64,000 bases of DNA from Chrysemys picta bellii (Eukaryota), in the NCBI RefSeq assembly GCF_011386835.1, contig NC_088810.1:3038001-3102000 (forward strand), in the 5' to 3' direction. The position numbers and the translations under genes are program-made. Positions 43,226-54,507 of this stretch are shown here, one piece after another. Numbering within the stretch: position 1 is the first letter of the stretch; every line of letters begins with the position of its first letter. The notes under the pieces are model-generated. The model saw only the letters and a program-made list of their open reading frames with translations. It was not told where the DNA came from and did no database searches.

Positions 43226-45620
43226 TGGTTGAAAAAGAGCCCCCCTTCTGCTTTGCAATCCATGCATAATTAAAGGAGAATCTTTCTCCAGGGAGAGGGA
43301 GTGCGGGGCATAGGATGTCCCTTTGCCATTTTAAATCTGGCATGTGAAGAGCCCCTGAAAGACCCGAGCGGCCGAGAGTGGGAGCGAGGGAAGGGAAAGG
43401 TCCAATAGAATCGAGTCTAAAGGGACGTAAGGACATCCAGGAATTAATTTGGGCTTTAAATAAAGCGGCTTAAATCACATACGGGAACAGGACATGCGGC
43501 TTTTCCTCTCTAGGGGCTGCAGGCCCTGATCCGGTTCCAGGACAGGGGACTGTCAGGCCCAAGGGGGCGGGGAATGGGACTCGGGGCCTTTCCCCTCTAG
43601 GGGGCGCCAGCCCCCATCCGGCCCCAGGTGTCAATACATTAGTCTAAGGTCTGCATATGGCTCCCCCTGGTGTCCGCATCTGGAAGTGCAGCTGCCCTGG
43701 CTCCAATCTCCTCTATTTCATTTCCTATGTAAGATTTTTCTTTTAAGGGACATTTTCGTGGGGGGCAGATGCTGGCTCAGAAACGCTCAGAGCTCGACCC
43801 CTCTGTGTGTCCCCGGGGCCGGCACCGCGCAGCCAGCCGCCAGCCCATCCCACAGAGGAGGAAACAAACACCGAGAGTTTAGGGGCGAATTACTTGCCCA
43901 GAGTCACACAGCCGAGCTGTGGCTAGAACGCAGAAGTCCTGGCTCCCAGACCATCCTCCAACCCATTAAACCGCAATCCCCAGGCTGGGGGCGGGGTGGG
44001 TTTAGTTCTGGCACTGAGCGGGGGAACCCAGGCGTCCTGGCTCCCAGTGCCTCTTGCTTTAACCACTAGACCCCACTCCCTGACTTCCCAGGCCAGTGTT
44101 TGAATACCCAGCTCGCTCCCTTGGCAGCGAGCAGGGAGGATGCGAGACTTTGTGGCTCAGGAAAAGAGGATACAATCAAGTCTAACCCCAGGGCTTCGTC
44201 CCATAATAACCCAGCCGTCCTCGTGACAGAGTCAATTCAGCCGGTGTGCGAGTAGAAGTGAAAACTGGACGGCAAAGCGCTTGCCTTCAGTGATGAGCTG
44301 TCAAAATCTTAACAACCGGATCCCTCCTCACCCCATGAGGGGGTCGTGGCCTGCGCCCGTCCCCCGGGACTCCTGCCCCATCCACTCCCCTTCCCTGTCC
44401 CCTGACTGCCCCCCCGCCCCATCCAACCCCTCCTCTCATTCCTGATGGCCCCCCGGGACCCCTGCCCCATCCAACCACCCCTTCTTCCTGTCCCCTGTCC
44501 ACCCCCGGAACCCCTACCCCTGACTGCCCCCTGCCACCCCATCCAACACCCCCCTCCTTCCTGACTGCCCCCCGGACCCTTGCCCCCATTCAATCCCCCG
44601 TTCCTGCCCTCTGACCGCCCCGACCCCTATCCACCCCCCCACCCCGACCACCCCCCTGAACTCTATCCAACACCCCCTCCCTGCTCCCTGCCCCTGCACC
44701 GCACTGCCTGGAGGTGGCTGGTGGTGCTACAGCCGTGCCGCTCGGCTGGAGCTCCGGGTCAGGCCGAGCTCACAGCCCACCGCCCAAAGCATGCGCCGGC
44801 GGCGGGGCGAGCTGAAGCTGTGCGGGAGGGGGAACAGCCGGGGACTAGGCTCCCCGGCCAGGAGCTCAGGGGCCGGGCAGGAGGGTCTTGTGGGCCACCG
44901 TAGTGGGTGCCCACCCTGCCCCTAAGAGCCAGAGGGACCTGCCGGGGGGTGAGGTGGGGAGTCCCAGTGGTGCTTACCTGGGGCGGCTCCCAGGAAGCAT
45001 CCGGCAGGTCCCTCTGGCTCCTAGGGGCGGGGTAGCGTAGCTAGGGGGGACCAGGGGGTTACCTGCCACGGCATGGGCGGCCCTCCTCACACCCCCCCCA
45101 CCCCAGCTCACCTCCACTCCGTCTCCGCCTCCCTGGGCCTGAGCGCGAAGCCGCCCCTTGCTTCTTAGCCCTCCCAGGCTTCCCGCGTGAACAGCTGATT
45201 CGCGGGAAGCGGGAGGGGGGAGGGGAAGCGGGGCGAAGCGTTCAGGGGAGAAGGAGGAGGTGGAGGCGCAGCGGAGGTGAGCTGGGGCCGGGGGTGGGGC
45301 GGGGAGTTGCCGGAGCTCACGGAGTCAGCGCCTTAGGCGACACTTTAAATTTAAAAGCCCTTTTAGAACCGGTTGGACAACCGGCTCCAGCTAAATTTAG
45401 CAACCGGCTCCAGCTCACCACTGCTTGCGTTTTAATCACAGAGCGTCGGAATCCCACACGGGCGCCCCCACGCCCCCGAAGGTCCCTTGTTCCCCAGATC
45501 TAACTTCATCTCCTGCCAGTGATTCGCCGGCTGCTCGGCCTCATCTTCCAGGCAGGGGCCTCAAAAACCGCTCGAAGGGGCCAGAGCTCTGCTGCTCTCA
45601 CACCAGGTGAACAGACGTCT
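42490..45620 (+). repeat. Left arm of an old inverted duplication
   Basis: Colinear reverse-complement similarity to 51700-54430, interrupted by the hAT element at 44288-45423. Confidence 0.8.
44288..45423. mobile_element. Non-autonomous hAT DNA transposon
   Basis: TIRs CAGTGATGAGCTG / CAGCTCACCACTG and 8-bp TSD CTTGCCTT / CTTGCGTT. Absent from the paralogous right arm. Confidence 0.75.
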
Positions 45621-46048
45621 CCCCGCCCTGTAAATCCCTGGGATCTTTGAAACTTCCCTTCCAGTTTTCTTGGCAAGTGCTCACTGATCTGGCCCGGTGA
45701 CAATGGCTGCTCCATGGAGCAAAGGATCCCCTGTTTGGAGCAATGCTGCGCTACTGAAGCGGATCAGTGTGTGGGGAGAGGGGGCTGTGCAGGGACCCAG
45801 GATGCCCTGCGATCTCCCCCACCCCCTTCCCACAAGACCCATTGTCAAATTGGAGAGAGCTGCACTGTGGGGTAGCTGCCCTAGAGCGCTGCTCCCATGG
45901 GCGGTGGCCGTGCTGCTAGCCAGTGGAAGTAAGTGAACACAAGCCAGGGATTAATTGCACCGGTTCACTATCACTGGTGAAACTGACAGTGCAAAAACTC
46001 TGCAAGTGTAGACGTAGCCTCGGGGCATGACGTCACTGGCAGTGTTAC

Positions 46049-46996
46049 TGTCATAACTAGAAAGGGAAGGGTAACAACCTTCCTGTGTACAATACTATAA
46101 AATCCCTCCTGGCCAGAGGCACCAAAATCCTTTTACCTGGAAAGGGTTAAGAAGCTCAGGTAACCTGGCTAGCACCTGACCCAAAGGACCAATAAGGGGA
46201 CAAGATACTTTCAAACCTGTGGGGGGAGGCTTTTGTTTGTGCTCTTTGTTTTGGTGGGTTGTTCGCTCTTGGGACTAAGAGGGACCAGACATCAATCCAG
46301 GCTCTCCAAATCTTTCTGAACAAGTCTCTCATATTTCAAACTTGTAAGTAACAGCCAGGCAAGGCATGTTAGGTGTATCTTTAAAAAGCAACAGAGAGTC
46401 CTGTGGCCCCTTTAAGACTAACAGATTAGTCTTAAAGGTGCCACAGGACTCTCTGTTGCTTTTTACAGATCCAGACTAACACGGCTACCCCTCTGATAGT
46501 TTATCTTTGTTTTCTCAACTTGTGAATGTTCCCTTTGCTAGAGGAAGGTTTATTCCTGTTTTGCTGTAACTTTGAAACTAAGGCTAGAGGGAGTTCCTCT
46601 GGGCTCTTTGACTCTGATTACCCTGTAAAGTTATTTTCCATCCTGATTTTACAGAGATGATTTTTACCTTTTCTTTTTAATAAAATACTTCTTTTAAGAA
46701 CCTGACTGATTTTTCCATTGTCCAAAGACCCAGGGGGTTGGGTCTTTGACCACTTTGTAACCAATTGGTGAGGATATTATTCTCAAGCCTCCCCAGGAAA
46801 GGGGGTGTAAGGGCTTGGGGGGATATTTGGGGGGAAGAGGAACTCCAAGTGGTCCTTTCCCTGGTTCTTGTTAAATCACTTGGTGGTGGCAGCATACCAG
46901 GTTTTAACCTAAGCTGGTAGAAATAAGCTTAGGGGGCTTTCATGCGGATCCCCACATCTGCACCCCAGAGTTCAGAGTGGGGAAGGAACCCTGACA
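46049..46996 (+). mobile_element. Solo LTR (Gypsy-like) with 5-bp TSD
   Basis: TGTCATAA...CCCTGACA termini. TSD GTTAC at 46044-46048 and 46997-47001. Confidence 0.85.
46383..46497. mobile_element. Penelope-like terminal fragment forming a 39-bp hairpin, nested in the LTR
   Basis: Arms 46383-46421 and 46426-46464 differ by one mismatch. Ends ACAGATCCAGACTAACACGGCTACCCCTCTGAT. Confidence 0.7.
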
Positions 46997-47920
46997 GTTA
47001 CAGCCTTGGCACGGCAGCGCTTTAACGTGGTTGGTGTAGTTGCGGGACCAGCGCTCAGAAAACCCACCTCCCCGGGGGGCGTAGCTCCCAGTGCTGGGAG
47101 CGCGGCTGGTGCACTGTCTACACTGGCACGTTACAATGCTGAAATGTGCAGCGCTCGGGGGGGGGGTGTTTTTTTCACACCCTTGAGCGAGAAAGTTGCA
47201 GCGCTGTGAAGTGCCAGGGTAGACAAGGCCTCAGACTCTCGGCGAGGTGGGTTTTTTTTGCAACACTGCAACGGCGCGGTTTCTGCGCACTACGTGGCCG
47301 GGCAGCGTGTTCACCTTGGGCATGACAGCGCAGAAACTTGCCAGTGGAGACAAGGCCTTAGTCTATGTACATGCGACATTTTAGTGATGTCGCTCTGGGT
47401 GGGAATAAGCCACCAAACTGAGTGACATAAGTTACGCTGACCGAAGCGCCAGTGTGGACAATGCTGGGTCAGTGAAAGGGCTTCTTTTGCTGACATAAGC
47501 GACCGCTGCTCTCCGGGTTTACTCTACACAGTTTTGTGGTGCCTTTGGCCGACAAACCAGTGGAGTTGTTCACACCACAATGTGACTTTGGTCAGCAAAG
47601 CTCTCCTGTTTTGCTGACAAAATAAAACCACCTCAACAAGAAGCGAGAGTTTTTTGGGGCAAAGTTAAAGTGACAAAGTGTCGGTGTCGATGCTGCCGTT
47701 TGTTAGCTCACCATAAATGGCCTCCACCAGTATCCCACAATGCCCACCGTGACCGCTCTGCTCACTGTTTTGAACTCCACTGCCCTGGATCCAGCGATGC
47801 AGGTGTGTGACCCTCCTCTATCGAAGCTCAGGGAAGTTCTTACGGCTGAGCCGATCCGAGCCAGCAACAAACATTCATGTGGAATCCTGCTCTCCCGGCA
47901 CTAGGAACACAGTGACAGGC

Positions 47921-47961
<41 letters not shown>

Positions 47962-47969
47962 GTGCAAAG

Positions 47970-48098
47970 TAGGGTGACCAGATGTCCCGATTTTATAGGG
48001 ACAGTCCCGATATTTGGGGCTTTTTCTTATATAGGCTTCTATTACTGCCCCCCACACCCTCTGTCCCGATTTTTCACACTTGCTGTCTGGTCACCCTA
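47970..48098 (+). mobile_element. hAT (Blackjack-like) MITE
   Basis: Perfect TIRs TAGGGTGACCAGA / TCTGGTCACCCTA. TSD not preserved. Confidence 0.8.
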
Positions 48099-48249
48099 CC
48101 GGGGAGGGATGCGGGGGGTAATGTCAGGGGTGTCCCCATCCCCCTGGCTCAGCACTGGTTACTTCCAGCCGCTGTCTGAACTTAAAGAGACAGCGTGACG
48201 ACAGACTCACTGTCCCCCAACACATGCACTCTCCCAACACACGTGTCTC

Positions 48250-50355
48250 TGTCGCAGAGTGTGGGGGACTCAGGGCCCTGCACCTCCGGCTTCCTGCGAT
48301 TCACCATGACTCTCAGCCAGCCAGTAAAGCAGAAGGTTTATTTAGACGACAGGAACACAGTCCAAGACAGGTCTTGCAGGCACAGACAACAGGACCCCCC
48401 CCTCAGTTGGGTCCATCTTGGGGTCTCAGGGCCCCACAGCCCCCTTGGGAGGTCAGAGCCCCGTCTACCTCCCAGCCCTTCCACCAGCCAGCTCCTGAAA
48501 CTCTCTCTTCAGTGACCCCTCCCACAGCCCTTTGTTTAGTTTCCCGGGCAAAGGTGTCACCTGGCCTCTAACCCCTTCCTGGGTTCTCATGTTACATGCT
48601 CAGGTATTCTCCATCGGTCAGTCTCCCATCCCCCAATGCAGACCATCCTAGTCACACTCCCCTGTCAGCATTCACAGACCACAGTAAGAACAGTCCCAGT
48701 TCGTCACATCTCTCCCCACTTTGAGACCGAACTGAGCGGGGTCACTTTAGCCAGTGACCCGGGGAAGTTCGAACCTACCCCCGTTCCCGGGGATGCCCCA
48801 GCATCCCTCCCATTCCTTGGTGAGAATTACACCAGGCCCTTCCTGGTTCACGCCCCCCCTTAGGTCGGGGGTGCTCGATGACACTCGCAGTTCGCATGTG
48901 AGAAGGTTTATGTGGCCTGTGCCCTTTCCCCACCCCAATACCCCTGGGGTGCCACTGGGCTGGTATTCTCAAAGGCCGTCAGGAAGGTATCCATGTCCTC
49001 CCCCTCCTTATGTTGGGCCAGGAAGCACTGATCAAAGCTCTTTGCAGTCTTGGGTCCCCCCTCGCTCAGCGCAGCCGGGGCCCCACTGCTCCTCAGCCTG
49101 GCCAGTTCCAGCTCATGCTGACGTTGTTTCCCCTTCTCTTCCCATTCCTGCTTCAGTTCTTGCTGCCTTAACTCGAGCTCTTTCAGTCTCAGCTCCCTGT
49201 CATATTCCAGTCGCATCCGCTCCAGGGACGGGGAGCTCCGCCGGGACGATCCCCTGCTGGCCGCCGGGGTCAGGGGGCCCTCGGTATTCGCTGGGCTTCC
49301 CCCAACCCCTCCCCTAGGCATAGGTAGGCCGGGTCTCGGGATGTCCTCGGCAGCAGTCTGACTCCTCCCAGCCATGTCAGGCCCCGGGGCCCACGCTGCA
49401 TCCGCCGGGCGGCTCCCCTCAGGGACAGGGCTCGGTTCATCCAAGCGATCCCTCTCCTCCAGCTGGGCAATGAGCTGTTCTTTGGTGGACCTCCCAATGC
49501 GCAGCCCCCTCTGCCTGCACAGCTCCACCAGGTCGCTCTTAAGGCGTTTAGCATACATCCTCCTGCTGGCCACTCGCCGGCCTGTGCTCTCCGCTTTCCA
49601 CCGTTCCCGGGGGACCCCTAGTGTGTCAGCCCCTCTTCAGGTCACCCCCTCTCTGCCAGGGTCGAGCTGCAGACTCCTCCGCCCCGGGACCGCTCGTTGC
49701 AATCCCCCCGGGGGACCCTGTTACCGCAACAGTCCTTCTCACTGGTCACACACTCCCAGGGGTTAATCGCCCCCTGAACCGTCTCTCTCTGACTCTTCAG
49801 CCCGCCTGGTCCCCATCGATCCCCCTTCGTTTTACTGCTCCCCAGTCACTTACTGCAGGAAGCGCCGTCCACGGGGGTGCAGTAGATCCCACCGCTACCA
49901 CCAGTTGTTGCAGAGTGTGGGGGACTCAGGACCCTGTACCCCCGGCTTCCTGCGATTCACCATGACTCTCAGCCAGCCAGTAAAGCAGAAGGTTTATTTA
50001 GACGACAGGAACACAGTCCAAGACAGGTCTTGCAGGCACAGACAACAGGATCCCCCTCAGTTAGGTCCATCTTGGGGTCCCCGGGCACCCCAGCCCCCCT
50101 TGGGAGGTCAGAGCCCCGTCTGCCTCCCAGCCATCTCACCAGCCAGCTCCTGAAACTCAGCGACCCCTCCCACAGCCTTTGTTCAGTTTCCCGGGCAAAG
50201 GTGTCACCTGGCCTCTAACCCCTTCCTGGGTTCTCATGTTACACGCTCAGGTATTCTCCTTCAGGCCGACTCCCATCCCCCAATGCAGACTATCCTAGCC
50301 ACAGTCCCCTGTCAGCATTCAAAGACCCCAGTAAGAACAGTCCCAGTTCGTCACA
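48250..50355 (-). mobile_element. Internally deleted Gypsy (Gmr1-like) LTR retrotransposon, 2.1 kb
   Basis: LTRs at 48250-48708 and 49906-50355, TSD GTCTC on both sides. PBS TGGTGGTAGCGGTGGGAT (49886-49903, tRNA-Leu-like) and PPT GGGGAGAGA next to the 3' LTR. Confidence 0.9.
48908..49558 (-). CDS. Truncated gag ORF (216 aa) of the LTR element
   Basis: MYAKRLKSDLVELCRQRGL...TKEQLIAQLEERD (HeH/SAP-like), a coiled coil ELRLKELELRQQE, then EDMDTFLTAFE fused at ~48968 to the element's 3' end. Confidence 0.75.
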   Translation of the reverse strand: MYAKRLKSDLVELCRQRGLRIGRSTKEQLIAQLEERDRLDEPSPVPEGSRPADAAWAPGPDMAGRSQTAAEDIPRPGLPMPRGGVGGSPANTEGPLTPAASRGSSRRSSPSLERMRLEYDRELRLKELELRQQELKQEWEEKGKQRQHELELARLRSSGAPAALSEGGPKTAKSFDQCFLAQHKEGEDMDTFLTAFENTSPVAPQGYWGGERAQAT

Positions 50356-50412
50356 GTCTCTCTCCCATACACACTCCCCCCTTCACAAATTCTCTCATAC
50401 GCTTCCCCAACA

Positions 50413-50449
<37 letters not shown>

Positions 50450-50692
50450 TCCCTGTGACACACTTTCCCCCCCTCCCCCTCCTGCCCCCCTTCAGTTGAA
50501 AAGCAGCGGGCAATGTAGTAGGATGCCCAGGGAAAGATGTGATTGAGAAACCTGCATCAAGTGACGCTGTCCCTGCCCTGTGAGGTGCTGCAAACCCTTC
50601 CCAAAGCCCACCGCGGCCGGCTGCCCACCATGGGCCGCTCTCTGTGGCCGTGCGAGAGCGGCTGGCGTGGCCACGCTCCGCGGCTGCAAGGC

Positions 50693-50910
50693 ACACAGGC
50701 CGTGTCTCCACTGGCACTTGCACCGTTCAAACGTCGCTCACTCCGGGCTGTGTTTTAACGATGGAAAGCGCCGGGGTGGCCAGCACTTCGGGGGACGAAG
50801 CTCCTGCCCCTCGCTGGTGGTGGCTTTATTTTCTCACTGGGCGTTCTCTCCCAGGGATAAGGTATGTCGGCATAACTTTTATCGACAAAACTCGGTCGTG
50901 TCGACGAGGC
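50693..50910. mobile_element. Degraded PIF/Harbinger-type MITE
   Basis: Imperfect TIRs GGCCGTGTCTCCAC / GTGTCGACGAGGCC. Confidence 0.45.
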
Positions 50911-52589
50911 CTGAGAGGCATTTCCTCCCCTTGAGCTTGAGCTGCGAAACCGACTGAGGTCTCTCCGGCCTGGGCCGCACCCAACAGCCACGTCGGCATC
51001 ACTACAGCGCTCGGGGATTGGGGGGGGGGAGGATGTGTGTAAAATTCCCACCGCTCAGTGGGGCAGCTAAACCGACCCAGCCCCTGGTGCGGCCATGGCC
51101 AGGCTGATGGGAAAATGCTCCTGGCACCCCAGCTACTGCCGCTCGGGGTAAAACAGTGAGGGGAAAACCCTTCCTCTGGCACTGTGCTGCCGGAGCGCCC
51201 GGAGCCCTGGCCTGGTCTCAGCCCTTCCCCTGAGCCCTTGGGGCTCTTCTCTGCACTGTCCCCAGTTTCTCCACCCTCCCTTGTCAAACACCTGCCCCGG
51301 GACTGGCCGTGGGATGCCAGCGATGGGCGGAGCCGTGCCGCCCGCAGAGGGACAGGCCTGCAGTGATCTCCACCGGAGTGACCCCTCTTGCTATGACCCT
51401 CCAGCTGATTTGGTTGCAGTGGCTGAGGTGTGATGCCAGGGTGTCTGGGGCTGTCTCCCGGGGCTCTCGGGGTCATTCACCGGGGTCTGTCCTGGTGGGA
51501 CGTGGGAGGACAGGTCCGGCCTTTCCAGAAGCGGGACTCACCCGGCGACTGGGAATTAAAATCAGCCAGGCCACATGTCGGCATCAGCCCAGCTCGCGCA
51601 GACAGAGGCAGCCGTGGGCAGCGATGGAGGAGTGGGGAGGACAAGGGGCTGGCCTGTGTCCGCGATCCCCCAGCCAGGCCGGCCAGCTGGAGTTAAATGC
51701 ACACCCATGCCCGTGGGAGTGTTTGCCTGGGGGGACAGTGCGAGGAACTGCACCTTCGAGCAGCTTTGGGGATGCTGCCGGGAAGACGAGGCCGTGCAGA
51801 CGGCAGCTTAATGGCATCAGATGAAGTTAGAGCTGGCGCGCAAGAGAACTTCAGGGGCTTGGGTGGGATCTCGACTCTTTGACACTGTGATTAAAACTCA
51901 CGCGCTCGCTTTGCAATCCGGTTTTCACTTCTTCGCAGCCAAGGGACTGAATCGGCTCTGTTACGGGTGCAGGGTAGGCAGGTTGTTACGGGACAAAGCC
52001 GCAGGGTTAGACTGTGTTATCTCCTGTTATCCTGAGTCACAAAAATCTTGCATCCTCCCTGCATGCTGCTAAAGGGGTGAGCCGGACATTCAAACACTGG
52101 ACTGGGTTACAGCAGGGGCGGCTGCGGGCTAGGACTCCTGGGTTCTCTTCCCAGCTCTGGGAGAGGTGTGGGTTCTAGTGGATTAAAAAAGGGGGCTGGG
52201 AATCGGGACTCCTGGGTTCTACCCCTGGCTGGGGGGGAAATGGGGTCTAGTGGTTAGATCAGTGGGGGGCTCAGAGCCAGGACTCCTGGGTTCTATCTCC
52301 AGTTCCACTCTATGACTTAGAACAAGTAATTCCGCCCCGCTCAGTGTTTGTTTCCACCTCTGTACAATGGGCTGGGAGCTGGCTGCACCACAGGAACCCA
52401 CAGAGGGGTCGAGCTCTAGGCATTTCTGAGCCAGCATCTGCCTCCCCCCGCCACAAAAATGTCCCTTACAAGAAAAATCTTACATAGGAAATGGCATAGG
52501 GGAGATTGGAGCCAGGGTAGCTGCACTTCCAGCTGTGGCCACACGGGGGAGCCATTTGCAGACCTTAGAATAACGAATTGACACCAGGG

Positions 52590-52895
52590 TCCGCCTGCGC
52601 CCCCTAGAGGGGAAAGGCCCCGTGTCCCATTCCCTGCCCCTCTGAGCCAGCCAGTCCTCTGCTGTGGGGCCGGATCAGGCCTGGCGCCCCCTAGCGGGGA
52701 AAGGCCCTGTGTCCCATTCCCTGCCCCTCTGAGCCAGCCAGTCCCTGCTGTGGGGCCGGATCAGGCCTGGCGCCCCCTAGCGGGGAAAGGCCCCGTGTCC
52801 CATTCCCTGCCCCTCTGAGCCAGCCAGTCCCTGCTGTGGGGCCGGATTAGGCCTGGCGCCCCCTAGAGGGGAAAGGCCCCCGGCCCCATTCCCTG
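52590..52895. repeat. 86-bp tandem repeat with a CTCF-like motif
   Basis: GCGCCCCCTAG(A/C)GGGGAAAGGCCC occurs four times. Confidence 0.9.
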
Positions 52896-53053
52896 ATGCA
52901 ATTTAAGCCATTTTATTTAAAACTGAAATTAATTCCTGGATGTCGTCACGTCCCTTTAGACTCGGTTCTATTTTACCTTTCCCTTCCCTCATTCCCCCCT
53001 CGGCCATTCGGGTCTTTCAGGGGCTCTTCACATGTGACATTTAAAGAGACAAA

Positions 53054-53225
53054 AACAACGAGGAGTCCGGTAGCACCTTAAAGACTAACAGATTTATTTG
53101 GGCAGAAGCTTTCGTGGGTAAAAACCCACTTCTTCAGATGCATGGAGTCATATGAAAGTCTTTAAGGTGCCACCGGACTCCTCGTTTTTGTGGATACAGA
53201 CTCTACCCCTCTGATACTTGGTACC
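53054..53225. mobile_element. Penelope-like element fragment with inverted termini and 11-bp TSD
   Basis: TSD AAAGAGACAAA at 53043-53053 and 53226-53236. Inverted arms GAGGAGTCCGGTAGCACCTTAAAGACT / AGTCTTTAAGGTGCCACCGGACTCCTC. The paralogous left arm has the empty site. Confidence 0.75.
53102..53141 (-). ncRNA. Minimal type I hammerhead ribozyme motif
   Basis: Minus strand reads GCAU CUGAAGA A GUGGG UUUUUA CCCAC GAA AGCU U CUGC: catalytic core, 5-bp stem II, palindromic stem III, and stem I with one mismatch. Confidence 0.6.
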
Positions 53226-54507
53226 AAAGAGACAAAGGGGAATTTAAAATCCGTATCCTATGCTCCACACTGCCTTCCCCTGGAGGAAGATTCCCCTTTA
53301 ATGTATCGTGTGTCGGAAAGCAGAAGGGGGCCTCTTTTTAAACCCGGCTGTTGCTGGAAAGCCACAAGAACGAGCCGGGGTCTGGAAAACACCTCGTGAG
53401 AGACGTCAGGAGTTTGACGTGACTCCAGCAGCCTGAGCCGGCGGCGGGAAGCTGAAGTGAGACGAATTCGGCCTGGAGCGAAGGTGCAGCTTGTTAACAG
53501 ACGGGGGGAATCGACCCATGGAACAAGTTACCAAGGGGTGTGGAGGAGCCTTTAATCAAGCCTGGGTGTGTCTGAGCCATCGGCGCTAGCTCAGTGACCA
53601 GCTATGGGCTGTTTGCTGTAGTCACTGGCTGAGGTGACGGGTCCTGTGTTGTGCTGAAGGTCAGACATCTGTCTGCACGTTCAAGGCATGAATTTGTGTG
53701 TGTGTTTGCTGCCCCCTTGTGGAGGAGATGAGCCCTGCTCTGTGTCTATCTGTCCCCCTGGGGTGTTTCCCACTTTCTCTGCTGGAGGTGAAATCTCTGA
53801 GCTCCCTCACTGTGCGGGTAACTAAATGAGGCTGAACCGTCCCTGCGGTCTGTGCCAGTTCCCATCCCTGCCGAGGAGAAATGAATAATTCTGTGCATTA
53901 CAGTGGTGTCAACAACTCACAGCTGAGATCGGGGCCCGTCGCGCTGGGCGCTGCCCACACACAGCCAGAGACAGGCCCTGCCCCGAGCGCTCACGGTCTA
54001 ACAGGATCATCATCCCTATTTTACAGACAGGGCAACTGAGGCAGAGTGAGTGGCCCTGACTTGCCAGTGGGAGGCGGAGCTGGGGAAGGGAGCCAGGCAT
54101 CCACGGCTCCTGACCCCTGTGTGTGGTTCCTGGTCCATTCGGGACAGGGGACGGTTCCAGGAACTGGGGGGACATAGCTGGGGGTCACTGGCTGGACCTT
54201 GCCCTTGTCGATGGGCTGAGAAGGGCCCCAAAGAAGCAGATTCCAGAAAACCCATGTCACTACTCTGTTTTCCAAGGGCTTCTGGGAATGTTTAGGGACA
54301 GCTGTGGGTGGGGGAGGGCAGCTATGGCAGTGCCCCTCAATCCTGACCCACAGCCCCCTGCTAGCCCAGCCCTGGGCTGCCCCCACTCCCAGCTCTGCTG
54401 GTGCCCCTCACTCCCGACCCGCAGCCCGCTGGACACCCGGAACAGGCCGTTCTGGCCAGACCCCAGGGGCTAGGGAAGCCGACGGGAAATCCTTCTGCGA
54501 TTGGAAA

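Larger units (their letters stand above)
51700..54430 (-). repeat. Right arm of the inverted duplication
   Basis: For example, 53854-54130 is the reverse complement of 42780-43070, and 52400-52640 of 43560-43800. Confidence 0.8.
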
